Assembly: GCA_023265785.1 (NCBI GenBank)
Contig: JAHFSL010000001.1
Coordinates: 1 to 26,565, forward strand
Direction of reading: 5' to 3'
Length of the DNA: 26,565 nt
Source: Candidatus Coatesbacteria bacterium
Lineage (GTDB): Bacteria; Oederibacteriota; CAKKQC01
Each line of letters opens with the position of its first letter. Position 1 is the stretch's first letter. Made by a program: the position numbers and the translations under genes. Below the pieces are notes generated by a model. It saw only the letters and a program-made list of their open reading frames with translations, was not told the origin of the DNA and did no database searches. This document shows positions 1 to 8,798 of this stretch, in pieces.

Positions 1-2
1 AT

Positions 3-644
3 CCGCGCGCCGCCCGGGAGTACCTCGATTCATTCCGGGAACGGGTGGTGGTGCTGGCGGACCCGGACCGGCGGACCGGGGCCCTGCACGCGCTCCATCG
101 GCGGCTTCCCCTGCGCGTGGAGCGGGATCCGGAAACCTTCCGGCTGGTCATGCGCAAGGTGCACCGGCGGGTCCATGCCGCATTCGCGGGACGGCGGCTG
201 GTGGCCTACGCGCTCGTGCGGCGGTGGCCGGGCCGGCACGGGGTGACCTGGCAGGTGGAGGAGATGGCGGGGTCGGGGGAGGGGGTTGCCTCCATCCTGC
301 GCGCCCTGGCGCTGGCGCCCCGGACCCACCGGGTGGAGGGCCAGGTGCCGCCCCTGTTCCAACCCTGGATGCCCGCGCTCATCGCCGCGCACGAGACCTG
401 GGATTCCTCGGTGGCCTGCCTGGGCCAGATCAAGGTGGTGGACCGGACCGCCGCGCTGGCCGCACTGGGGGCACGGGATGTGGCCCGCCCGTTGGCCCGC
501 CTCCGGCCGGGTCCCCTGGCCGAGCCGCGGCTCCTGTTCGGCCCCCTCGGGCCCGCCGCCGTCCTGCCGCAGGGCGCCGTCCGCGGCCCGGTCGCGGACC
601 GCCTGCCGATTCCCCTGTTCCTCTGGCCCGCCGACCATGTTTGA
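3..644 (+). CDS. 5'-truncated protein, probably GNAT-family acetyltransferase (C-terminal part)
   Basis: Frame is open from the window edge (PRAAREYLDSFRERVVVLAD...) to TGA 642-644 and overlaps the next ATG (637). RRLVAYALVRR...WQVEEMAGS and the C-terminal LFGP...LPIPLFLWPADHV resemble the ends of two-domain GNAT/Eis-like proteins. The diagnostic N-terminal domain is outside the window. Confidence 0.45.
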   Translation, partial: PRAAREYLDSFRERVVVLADPDRRTGALHALHRRLPLRVERDPETFRLVMRKVHRRVHAAFAGRRLVAYALVRRWPGRHGVTWQVEEMAGSGEGVASILRALALAPRTHRVEGQVPPLFQPWMPALIAAHETWDSSVACLGQIKVVDRTAALAALGARDVARPLARLRPGPLAEPRLLFGPLGPAAVLPQGAVRGPVADRLPIPLFLWPADHV

Positions 645-2361
645 CCGCCGCGGGCTGGGGGCCGGCGCCGCGCTCGCCCTGGTCGCCGGCCTGGTCAGCG
701 CCGCGCCCGATGTGCGCGTGGTCCAGGACCACGGGACCTGGTGGTTTCAGGACGCCGCGGGCCGGCAATTCTTCTCGCTCGGGGTGGACTGCGTCGCCGG
801 GTGCGTTGGCCATGCGGAGGACCGGCCGCTGGAGGCCGGCCAGCACGACCGGATCGTCGGTCAATTGAAGGCGTGGGGATTCAACACGGCCGGCGCGTGG
901 AGCCGGCCGTCAGTCTGGCCCGACCTCTACGTGGCCGACCAGCTCTACATGGGGGTCACGGCGCAGGATTTCCACGATGTCTACGACGAGGCCTTCTGGC
1001 ACGGCTGGTTTCCCGGCCAGGTGACCTCGGAAGTGGGAGCGTTCCGGGGGCGGAAGAATGTCATCGGGTACTTCGTGGACAACGAGCCGCACTGGGACCC
1101 CGCCAAGATCCTGGCGTTCTTTCGCGCCCTCAAGCCCGGCGCGCCGGGGCGAAAGGCCCTGGCTGCATTCGCGAAGCGCACCTGCGGCGGCCGGCTCGAC
1201 CGGGTCGACGCTGCGGCGTGGCGGACCGAGGCCGTCCGCCAGTACTACACCCGGTATGTCGCGCTCCTGCGGGCGGCCGACCCCGACCGCCTCGTGCTCG
1301 GGGTGCGCTGGGCGGGTCTGCCCGACCTGGAGCTGTACCGGGCGCTGTCGCCCCTCTTTGACGTCAACTCGGTGAACGACTACAACCGCTACGGGGACCT
1401 GCGGCCCGCCTACGCCGAGGTGTACGCCGCCACGGGCAAGCCGATCATGATCACCGAGTGGTCGTTCTCCGGCTACCCGGAGCCGGGGCACGCCTCCCTG
1501 CAGTTCATTGATGTGTTCACGCAGGAACGCCGCGCGGTGGGGTACCGCAAGTACGTCTCCCAGGCCGCGCGGGCTCCCTACATGGTGGGGATGCACTGGT
1601 TTCTCTGGTCCGACTACGAGCCGCAGGTGGTTGCGGCCGGCGGGTATCCTCCCGACGAGAATATGGGGCTGGTCACCAACGACGGGGCGACACCGTACGA
1701 CATCCTGGTGCGCGAATGTGCCCGGACCAACGGGGAGGTGGAGGCTCTCCATCGTGCCGCCGGGGCCCCCCGCCCTGCCGTGGCGGTCGGGACCACCCTG
1801 GTCGAGGCCTCCGCGGTGGGCCGGGCGAGTCCGGTCGTGGATGGCGATCTCGCCGACTGGCCAATGGAAGCCTTCCGTGCGCCCCGGGTTTCGGAATCGC
1901 TGGAAGAGGTCCGTGACCCGGGACACGCCTATGCCCTGGCTGCGGACGGAACCTATCTTTATGTGGCCGCGCGGATTCGCGATGGCCGGCTGGATGATCC
2001 CGGCCGGGACTGGGAATGGGAGGGCGACTACCTCGCTCTCTATGCGGCCCTTACGGCGGGACCCGCCGGAACCAGGGGGGCCTCCACGGCCCTCTACCTG
2101 TACCCGCTCGGCGGAGGGGCGGACCGCAAGGCGCCCGTGGCGGGGTTCTGGGGTGGCGCCTCGCCGGGGGCGGGGACGCGCATCGCCCGGCGGGATGTCC
2201 CCGGCGGGTACACCCTGGAAGCACGATTTCCCCTGGCGGCTTTTGCGGGATGGAAATCCGGCACGCTGACGCCGTGGACCTGGATGCTGAATTACCGTGA
2301 CGACAGCGGCATCTACGAAACCTGGTGGGAACGCACCGGGGCCCTGCCGGCCGCGCCATGA
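637..2361 (+). CDS. Secreted clan GH-A glycoside hydrolase (agarase-like/GH42-GH50-like TIM barrel) with C-terminal CBM9-like sugar-binding domain
   Basis: The ORF-track start (286) lies inside the upstream gene; ATG 637 gives the signal peptide MFDRRGLGAGAALALVAGLVSA. Motifs: WWFQDAAGRQFFSLGVDCV, acid/base IGYFVDNEPHW, nucleophile KPIMITEWSF, VGMHWFLWSD, DENMGLV. C-terminal PVVDGDLADW...DGTYLYVAARIRD...GYTLEARFP is CBM9-like. Confidence 0.75.
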   Translation: MFDRRGLGAGAALALVAGLVSAAPDVRVVQDHGTWWFQDAAGRQFFSLGVDCVAGCVGHAEDRPLEAGQHDRIVGQLKAWGFNTAGAWSRPSVWPDLYVADQLYMGVTAQDFHDVYDEAFWHGWFPGQVTSEVGAFRGRKNVIGYFVDNEPHWDPAKILAFFRALKPGAPGRKALAAFAKRTCGGRLDRVDAAAWRTEAVRQYYTRYVALLRAADPDRLVLGVRWAGLPDLELYRALSPLFDVNSVNDYNRYGDLRPAYAEVYAATGKPIMITEWSFSGYPEPGHASLQFIDVFTQERRAVGYRKYVSQAARAPYMVGMHWFLWSDYEPQVVAAGGYPPDENMGLVTNDGATPYDILVRECARTNGEVEALHRAAGAPRPAVAVGTTLVEASAVGRASPVVDGDLADWPMEAFRAPRVSESLEEVRDPGHAYALAADGTYLYVAARIRDGRLDDPGRDWEWEGDYLALYAALTAGPAGTRGASTALYLYPLGGGADRKAPVAGFWGGASPGAGTRIARRDVPGGYTLEARFPLAAFAGWKSGTLTPWTWMLNYRDDSGIYETWWERTGALPAAP

Positions 2362-3176
2362 GGGTCCTGGTGACCGGCGCCAGCGGGATGCTGGGCGGGC
2401 ATATCATCCGCGAGCTGGAAACCGCGCACGACCTCGTCCTCACCTCCCGGCGGCCGGTCGCGGGGCGCCACCCCCATGTCGCCGGCGACCTCACCGATCC
2501 GGACCTGGTCCGGCGGGCGGTGGCGGGCGTGGAGGCCGTCGCCCATCTGGGCGCCAACCCCTGGTTCTCACCCGACACGTTCCGGACCAATACCGTTTCC
2601 ACCTATCTCCTGCTCGAGGCCTGCCGGGAGGCGGGCATCAACCGGTTCGTCATGGCGGGCAGTGATTGGGGCGTGGGCAAGTCCGATGAACGCGACTGCC
2701 CCCCGGAGTATGTGCCGGTGGACGAGGCGCATCCCGTCCGCCCGCGCGACCACTACGGGCTGTCGAAGGCGGTCGGTGAACTGGTCTGCGAGACCTTTGC
2801 CCGGGAGCACGGGATCCGGTGCGCCGTGATGAGGATCACGGGGGTCTGGACGCCCGAGCGCACCGCGGCCTACGGCCGCGAATCCCACGAGGGGGCGGAG
2901 GAGGACGCCAGGAAATACTGGTGGTCGTATGTCGACGCCCGCGACGTGGCCCGCGCTTTCCGGCTGGCGCTTGAGGCTCCGAACCTCCCCGGCTTCGGCA
3001 CCTATCTTCTGTCGGCCGCCGACACCGTGCTCGACGATCCGACCGGGGGCGCCGTCCGGCGGGCGTGGCCCGGGGTCCGGATCGCCGGCGCCCTTCCGGG
3101 CCACGCCTCGGTCCTGTCGGTGGAGGCGGCCCGCGCCGCCTTCGGCTGGGTTCCCGTGCACAGCTGGCGCGCATGA
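2358..3176 (+). CDS. NAD-dependent epimerase/dehydratase family (extended SDR) oxidoreductase
   Basis: ATGA overlap with the upstream stop. MRVLVTGASGMLG Rossmann GxxGxxG, catalytic YGLSK (YxxxK), YVDARDVA. Confidence 0.9.
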   Translation: MRVLVTGASGMLGGHIIRELETAHDLVLTSRRPVAGRHPHVAGDLTDPDLVRRAVAGVEAVAHLGANPWFSPDTFRTNTVSTYLLLEACREAGINRFVMAGSDWGVGKSDERDCPPEYVPVDEAHPVRPRDHYGLSKAVGELVCETFAREHGIRCAVMRITGVWTPERTAAYGRESHEGAEEDARKYWWSYVDARDVARAFRLALEAPNLPGFGTYLLSAADTVLDDPTGGAVRRAWPGVRIAGALPGHASVLSVEAARAAFGWVPVHSWRA

Positions 3177-4270
3177 CCGACCCGGCGGGGCGGATGCGTG
3201 ACCCGGTGACGGGGGTGGACATTGACCGGCTGACCGGCGGGCAGGCCATCCAGCACCACCTGTACTTCACCGGGCCGACCGTGACCCCCGACGGCCGCTG
3301 GCTCGTGTCCGTGAGCTGGGAAACCGGTTCCCCGAATCTGTGTTGCCGGGAGCCGGGCTCGGGGGAGATCCGGCGGCTGACCTACCGGCGGGACCTCCAT
3401 CCCTTTTCGGCCGTGTTGACCCGCGACGGCCGCTCCGTCCTCGCCAGCGCGGGGGCGTCCCTCCTGGGGATCACCCTGCCGGATGGCGTGGAGTCGGTCC
3501 TGGCAGGCTTTCCGGGCGGGCGGGTGGGCCAGGTGGCGATGTCGCCGGATGGCAGGTCGGTGATCGCCCAGGTATCGCAGGCGGGCGCCCAGCGCATCGT
3601 GGTCGTGGACCTGGGGGACGGATCCATCCGCACCGTCCTCGAGCGGGCGGGGCCGGTCGGGCATGTCCAGGTGGAGCCCTCCGGGGAACACATCATGTTT
3701 TCGGGCGAGTCGTCCGCGCGCATCTGGATCGTGCCCATCGCGGGGGGCGGGCCCCGGAGCCTCCCGCAGGCCGCGGGTGAATGGATCACCCACGAGGCCT
3801 GGCTGGCCCCCGGGCGAGTGACCCATACCAAATTCCACGACGGGCTCTATGTGACGGATCTGGCGGGCGCGGCAGTGCCCTTGTTCAAGGGCCCCATCTG
3901 GCACGCCGCGCCGCGGCGGGACGGCCTGGTGGTGGCGTGCGACACCCACGCGCCGGACATCGGGCTGGTGCTGGTGGCCGCCGCCACCGGCCGCTGGCGG
4001 GTGTTGTGCCACCCGCGCTCGTCCAACAAGGGGACGCAGTGGTTTGAGCCGCTTCCGGCCGGGGAGTCCGCCACCGACCCCTCCATCTTCCCTCCCGTCG
4101 GCGCGCCGCCTGACGAGTCCGAGACCCTCTACGGGCCGCAATGGACCCATCCGCATCCGTCGTGGCATCCGGACGGTCGGAGTGTGCTCTACACTTCGGA
4201 CCAGTCCGGGACGCCCCACATCTACCGGGCGTTCATCCCCGACGGCTGGCTCGACGACCTCCTGGCCTAG
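3173..4270 (+). CDS. Oligogalacturonate lyase-like (PL22/Ogl) beta-propeller protein, cytoplasmic
   Basis: ATGA overlap. N-terminal DPVTGVDIDRLT...HHLYFT, WITHEAW (base His region), IWHAAP, QWTHPHPSW matching the Ogl Q-x-T-H-P-H-P metal-binding motif, VLYTSDQSG. No signal peptide. Confidence 0.75.
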   Translation: MTDPAGRMRDPVTGVDIDRLTGGQAIQHHLYFTGPTVTPDGRWLVSVSWETGSPNLCCREPGSGEIRRLTYRRDLHPFSAVLTRDGRSVLASAGASLLGITLPDGVESVLAGFPGGRVGQVAMSPDGRSVIAQVSQAGAQRIVVVDLGDGSIRTVLERAGPVGHVQVEPSGEHIMFSGESSARIWIVPIAGGGPRSLPQAAGEWITHEAWLAPGRVTHTKFHDGLYVTDLAGAAVPLFKGPIWHAAPRRDGLVVACDTHAPDIGLVLVAAATGRWRVLCHPRSSNKGTQWFEPLPAGESATDPSIFPPVGAPPDESETLYGPQWTHPHPSWHPDGRSVLYTSDQSGTPHIYRAFIPDGWLDDLLA

Positions 4271-4272
4271 AG

Positions 4273-6060
4273 TTATTCAAACGTCTCGCCGAGGACCTCC
4301 TCGAGTGTGGTGAGGCCCTTGCGCCACTTGATGATGGCCGCGTCACGGATGGTCTTGAAGCCCGCGTCCTTGACGGCGGCCTTGAGCTGGGCCAGCGAGC
4401 CCTTGGCAAAGATGATCTCGCGGATGGTGGCGGTGATCGGCATCACCTCGTAGATGGCCAGCCGGCCCCGATAGCCGGTCTGGTGGCACTCCGCGCACCC
4501 CTTGCCCTTGAAGAACGCGGTGTCCTTGACGTCCTCGGGTGACAGGCCGATCCGCTTGAGCTCCTCGGCGGGGACCGTGATCGGGGCCTTGCAGGCCTCG
4601 CAAATCCGGCGGATGAGGCGCTGGGAGGCGATGCACAGGACGGAGGAGCCCACGTAGACATGCTCAATGCCCAGGTCCACCAGCCGCATGATGGATGACG
4701 GCGCATCGTTGGTGTGCAGCGAGGAGAGCACCAGGTGGCCGGTGAGCGAGGCCTTGACGGCGATGGAGGCCGTTTCCTTGTCGCGGATTTCGCCGACCAG
4801 GATCTTGTTGGGGTCATGGCGCAGGAACGCGCGCAGGACCGAGGCGAAGGTCCGGCCGGCGTTCGCATCCACCTGGATCTGGATGACGTACGGGAGGCGG
4901 AACTCGACGGGGTCCTCGACCGTCATGATGTTGAGCGTCGGGGTGTTCACATATTGCAGGGCCGCGAACAGCGAGGTGGTTTTGCCGGACGCCGTCGGTC
5001 CGGTGACGAACACCATGCCATACGGCTGGCTGGCCGCCTTCTTGAATTGGTCGAGCTGGTCGGGCTCGAATCCAAGGTCTTCCAGCGGCATGAGGCCCTT
5101 GCTCTGGTCCACCACGCGCATCACGATGTTCTCGCCCCACCGGGTGGGGAGCGTCGAGATCCGGAGGTTGATGACCTTGGCGCCCACCCTGAGCGTGATC
5201 CGGCCGTCCTGGGGCAGGCGCTTCTCGATGATGTTCATGGTCTTCGACAGGATCTTGAACCGGGTCGCAATACGCCGCTTGGCGGCGATCGGGGGGGCGG
5301 GGAACTCGATGAGCGAGCCGTCAATGCGGTACTTGAGCACCATCTTTTTCTCGTACGAGGAAATGTGAATGTCCGAGGCCCGTTTGCGCACCGCATCCGC
5401 GATGATGTAACTGCACATCTGGATGATCGGGCCCTCGTCCTTGATCTCGTCATCGCCTTCCTCACGCTGTTCGGAGAGAATTTCCAGCCCGACATCCTCG
5501 GGATTGACGAGTTCGCCGGCGGTCGCCTCGAGCATGGCCATCTGCTCTGAATCAGGAGCGGCAGGCGACGCGGGGTCCTGCGGTTCGGCGGCGGACCGGA
5601 TGGCGCCGTCCTGCCGCCCGCCCGTGCGGGGAAAGAGTTTCTCCAGCAGGGCGCTGACCTGCGAATTGGGTGAGACCACGATCTTGGGGCGGACATCGGC
5701 GGGCAGGCGGAGTTCCTTGGGCAGGTAGAACAGGGACAGGTCATCGGGCTGGGAGGTGGCAAACGTGATAGTGCCATTCTCCTGGGCGACCGGGACCGCC
5801 TTGTACTTCCAGGCGATGTTCACGGGCATTATCTTGATCAGGGCGGCGCCGGGCTCGACGCCCTCCAGGTGGAGGAAATCGAGGCCGTGCTGGATGGCCA
5901 GGAAGCGGTAGAGCGATTCCTCCGAGAGGTAGCCCAGCTTGACCAGCGCCTCGCCCAGGGGATCCCCGTTCTTGCGCTGGGCCGCCAGCGCGGCCTGGAG
6001 CTGTTCCTCGGTGATGAGCTGCTCTTCGACCAGGAGGGTCCCGAGCCGCTTGAGCGCCAT
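4273..6060 (-). CDS. GspE/PulE/PilB-family assembly ATPase with MshEN N-terminal domain (copy 2 in transcription order)
   Basis: RLGTLLVEEQLI MshEN-like start, ASDIHI, EKRLPQDGRI, Walker A GPTASGKTT, TVEDPVE Asp box, Walker B ILVGEIRD, TGHLVLSSLHTND His box, CEAC...CAEC Zn site. Confidence 0.93.
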   Translation of the reverse strand: MALKRLGTLLVEEQLITEEQLQAALAAQRKNGDPLGEALVKLGYLSEESLYRFLAIQHGLDFLHLEGVEPGAALIKIMPVNIAWKYKAVPVAQENGTITFATSQPDDLSLFYLPKELRLPADVRPKIVVSPNSQVSALLEKLFPRTGGRQDGAIRSAAEPQDPASPAAPDSEQMAMLEATAGELVNPEDVGLEILSEQREEGDDEIKDEGPIIQMCSYIIADAVRKRASDIHISSYEKKMVLKYRIDGSLIEFPAPPIAAKRRIATRFKILSKTMNIIEKRLPQDGRITLRVGAKVINLRISTLPTRWGENIVMRVVDQSKGLMPLEDLGFEPDQLDQFKKAASQPYGMVFVTGPTASGKTTSLFAALQYVNTPTLNIMTVEDPVEFRLPYVIQIQVDANAGRTFASVLRAFLRHDPNKILVGEIRDKETASIAVKASLTGHLVLSSLHTNDAPSSIMRLVDLGIEHVYVGSSVLCIASQRLIRRICEACKAPITVPAEELKRIGLSPEDVKDTAFFKGKGCAECHQTGYRGRLAIYEVMPITATIREIIFAKGSLAQLKAAVKDAGFKTIRDAAIIKWRKGLTTLEEVLGETFE

Positions 6061-6061
6061 G

Positions 6062-7885
6062 CTAGTCCCCTCCCATGGTCACCCGTTGCACCTCTTCCAC
6101 GGTCGTGCCGCCGTCCTTCCACTTCTGGATCGCGAGGTTACGCAGGGACCGCATGCCCTGGCTCTCCGCCACCTTGCGGATCGTGCTGGAATCGGCGGCC
6201 TCGAAAATCTGCTCGCTCAATTCCGGCGTATTCCGCATCATCTCGTAGATGCCGATCCGCCCCTTGTACCCGGTCATGTTGCACTTGGGGCACCCGGTGC
6301 CCTTGAAGAAGGTGCCGCCTTCCAGCAGGTCCACCGTCAGGTCCGCGCGCACGAGGTCCTCCTCGGTCGGCGTGGTGGGCGTCTTGCAGTCCGCGCAGAT
6401 CCGGCGCATCAGCCGCTGGGCCACGATCAGCCGGACCGCGGTGCCCACGTAGGCCGGCTCGATGCCGATGTCGATGAGGCGGGCGATGGTGCCCGGGGCA
6501 TCGTTGGTGTGCAGGGTGGAAAAGAGCAGGTGGCCGGTCAGGGCCGCCTGCACGGCGATCCGGGCCGTCTCGGCGTCGCGGATCTCGCCGACCATCATGA
6601 CGTTCGGGTCCTGGCGCAGGGCGCTCCGCAGGGCCGTGGCGAAATCCAGCCCGGCTTCGTTGTCCATCTGGACCTGGACCACCCCCGGCATCTCGTACTC
6701 CACCGGGTCCTCCAGGGTGAAGAAGGATTTCTTGGGATCCATGATCGCGGTCAGCGCCGAATAGAGGGTCGTCGTCTTGCCGCTGCCCGTCGGTCCGGTG
6801 TGCAGGATCATCCCGTAGGGCGACCGGATGCACTCGTGGTAGAGGTCCAACTCCTGCGGTTCGAACCCCAGTTTGCGCAGGTCGAGCTGGAGGGAGGACT
6901 GATCCAGGATCCGCATGACGATGTTCTCGCCGTCCATCTGCGGGATCACCGAGACGCGCAGGTCAATGGTGCGGTCGTGCACCTTGATCTTGATCCGGCC
7001 GTCCTGCGGCTTGCGCCGTTCGGTGATGTTCATGTTGGCCATGACCTTGAAGCGCGCGACGACACCCTTCTTCATGGAGGGCGGGGGGGAGGGCATGACC
7101 TGGAGGGCGCCGTCAATCCGGAACCGCACGACGATGCCGCGTTCCGTCGGGTTGATGTGGATGTCGGAGGCGCGGCGCCGGCTGGCCTCGGCGATGATGT
7201 AGTTGCACATCTTCTTGACCGGCTCCTCATTGGCCGCGTCAATGGAGTATTCCTCCCCGCCTTCCATGCTGCCGGCCACCTCGACCGTCTCGTTCATCTG
7301 CGCGATCAGCGCGGCGGGATCCATGGTTTCGGTAATGTCCTGGGTCCCGGGTGGGACGGCCAGGTTGCCCGCGTCCATGACGGTGATTTCGCCCCCGCCC
7401 GCCCCGCCGTTCACCGGCCGCAACGGGCCCGCGCCGGCCCCGGCGGGGTAGAGGGCGCCCAGCGCCTCGGTGATCCGCGACACGGGCGCGACCCGGACGA
7501 CGAATCCGACGCCGGCGGGCAGGCGCGCCAGCCGCCGCAATTCCGCCTGGGCGGTCTGGTCCATCTCGCCGGGATTATCGGTCGCCACGGTCAGGGACTG
7601 CCGGTCGTAGGCGAGGGGAATCATCCGGTACTGGCGCGCGAATTCCGCGGGCACGACCTGCCGGGCGGCGGCCGTGGGCTTGTAGGTGGCGAGGTCGGTG
7701 GTCTCCAGGCCGAACTGGTGGGCCAGGAAGTTGGCGAGGCTCTCTTCCTCGACGATCTTGAGGCCGGTCAGGCTCTGGAGGAGCGAGACCCCCGCATCAC
7801 GCGACTTTCGGAGCGCCTCATCGAGCTGGTCATCACCGATGATGCCTTCCGCCACGAGAATCTGGCCGAGCCGCCGCGGGTCCAT
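6062..7885 (-). CDS. GspE/PulE/PilB-family assembly ATPase with MshEN N-terminal domain (copy 1)
   Basis: Probable start ATG 7885 (MDPRRLGQILVAEGII). ASDIHI, ERRKPQDGRI, GPTGSGKTT, TLEDPVEY, LRQDPNVMMVGEIRD, TGHLLFSTLHTND, CADC...CPKC. TAG stop lies 1 nt before the ATG of the second copy. Confidence 0.93.
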   Translation of the reverse strand: MDPRRLGQILVAEGIIGDDQLDEALRKSRDAGVSLLQSLTGLKIVEEESLANFLAHQFGLETTDLATYKPTAAARQVVPAEFARQYRMIPLAYDRQSLTVATDNPGEMDQTAQAELRRLARLPAGVGFVVRVAPVSRITEALGALYPAGAGAGPLRPVNGGAGGGEITVMDAGNLAVPPGTQDITETMDPAALIAQMNETVEVAGSMEGGEEYSIDAANEEPVKKMCNYIIAEASRRRASDIHINPTERGIVVRFRIDGALQVMPSPPPSMKKGVVARFKVMANMNITERRKPQDGRIKIKVHDRTIDLRVSVIPQMDGENIVMRILDQSSLQLDLRKLGFEPQELDLYHECIRSPYGMILHTGPTGSGKTTTLYSALTAIMDPKKSFFTLEDPVEYEMPGVVQVQMDNEAGLDFATALRSALRQDPNVMMVGEIRDAETARIAVQAALTGHLLFSTLHTNDAPGTIARLIDIGIEPAYVGTAVRLIVAQRLMRRICADCKTPTTPTEEDLVRADLTVDLLEGGTFFKGTGCPKCNMTGYKGRIGIYEMMRNTPELSEQIFEAADSSTIRKVAESQGMRSLRNLAIQKWKDGGTTVEEVQRVTMGGD

Positions 7886-7891
7886 GCCTCC

Positions 7892-7897
7892 ATAGTA
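7892..7897 (-). promoter_or_regulatory. Putative sigma70 -10 element (TACTAT) 6 nt upstream of ATG 7885; leaderless mRNA likely
   Basis: The minus strand reads TACTAT-ggaggc-ATG. The GGAGG is too close to the ATG to act as a normal SD. Confidence 0.5.
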
Positions 7898-7937
7898 TGG
7901 CAAAAGGCGCACCCCCGGAGGTTCCGCCGGTGGGGAA

Positions 7938-8783
7938 TCATTCCTGCGCGGGCGGGGCCGGGCGGATGGCCTCTGCGGGCCGGGCACCCGTATCCACGAG
8001 GAACCGGGCCACGGCACTCGTACCGCTCACCGGGGCGGGGGCGAAAAAGGTCGCCTCCCAGGTTCCCGTGGCCGCCGGCAGGGTGGCCGCCGCGGAAAAC
8101 CTTCCGGCCCGGACGGCGACCGGCACGGTCCACGGCTTCCCGCGGGGTCCCGTCACGGCAAGCCGGAGGGGACCCGCCGTCGCGCCAAGGATTCCGGAAA
8201 AGTGGATGGCCAGCCCGTCGGGGGTCAGGGACGCCCCGGTCCGGGCAAAGCGGAGGTCCTGCCGGGAGAACTCCTGCGCCATCCACACGGTGGGCAGGAG
8301 CACCCGGGAATCCGCGTCGGCCGCCGCCGCCCCCAGGGCGAGACCGATGCCGATGTGGGTCAACCGGGGATCGAGGCAATTCCGGCGGTGCGGCGGGCTT
8401 TCCAGGAGGCGGGTCTGGAGGGTTGCGAGGAGCTCCGCGGGTCCCGCCCCGGGCCGGGAGGACCCGTAGTGCCCCACATTCTCGCCCCAGACGGCATCCG
8501 CCACGCCCGCCAGGGCGAGCCGCGCCTCCGGGGTGCCGTGGGCAAAGGAGGGGGCGCCATGCCCGGTGAATCCCCGGTCCCGCATCCGGTGGGCCTGCTC
8601 GCGGGCCACGCGGGCGAGGACCGGATCGGGGAGGAGCGGTGCCACCCCGGCCGCGGCCCGGGCTTCGTTCACCAGTACGAGCGCCCTCGCCTCCAGCGCG
8701 GAGGAAGCGTCCTGACCGGCGGCGTGGCCCGGGCCGGCCGGGGTGAGGAGCACGGCCAGCAGGGCGCCGTGCCACCGATTCAT
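7938..8783 (-). CDS. Secreted CAP (SCP/Tpx-1/Ag5/PR-1) domain protein with C-terminal extension
   Basis: Signal peptide MNRWHGALLAVLL...GHA. LVLVNEARAAAGVAPL, ARVAREQAHRM, FTGH, WGENV, LLESPPHRRNCL, THIGIG are CAP signatures. Start is uncertain. Confidence 0.85.
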   Translation of the reverse strand: MNRWHGALLAVLLTPAGPGHAAGQDASSALEARALVLVNEARAAAGVAPLLPDPVLARVAREQAHRMRDRGFTGHGAPSFAHGTPEARLALAGVADAVWGENVGHYGSSRPGAGPAELLATLQTRLLESPPHRRNCLDPRLTHIGIGLALGAAAADADSRVLLPTVWMAQEFSRQDLRFARTGASLTPDGLAIHFSGILGATAGPLRLAVTGPRGKPWTVPVAVRAGRFSAAATLPAATGTWEATFFAPAPVSGTSAVARFLVDTGARPAEAIRPAPPAQE

Positions 8784-8785
8784 TG

Positions 8786-8791
8786 TATTCT
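8786..8791 (+). promoter_or_regulatory. Putative -10 element (TATTCT) 7 nt upstream of ATG 8799, overlapping an opposite-strand TACAAT (8782-8787)
   Basis: TATTCT-tgggccc-ATG; the only AT-rich patch between two divergent genes. Confidence 0.45.
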
Positions 8792-8798
8792 TGGGCCC

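Noticed and set aside
286-636. N-terminal extensions given by the ORF track (e.g. starts 286, 3065, 8017, 9335, 11961, 12270, 13496, 21485, 22337, 25441)
   Set aside because: They run through neighbouring genes. Downstream starts with overlap coupling, signal peptides or family N-termini fit better.
5939-8569. 876-aa + strand ORF, plus other long ORFs such as 910-1926, 3002-4219, 13514-15193, 14269-16776, 17882-19870, 19860-20924 and 22621-23622
   Set aside because: They lie antisense to or overlap genes with clear family motifs, are rich in R/P/G/A and show no recognisable domains. They are shadow ORFs expected at this GC content.
8757-8774. Minus-strand TGGCACG-GCGC-CCTGC as a second sigma54 promoter; also TGGCACG near 998 and TGGCATG near 11911
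   Set aside because: The GG-to-GC spacing is not 10 nt or the -12 element is missing, and the sites are inside coding sequence.
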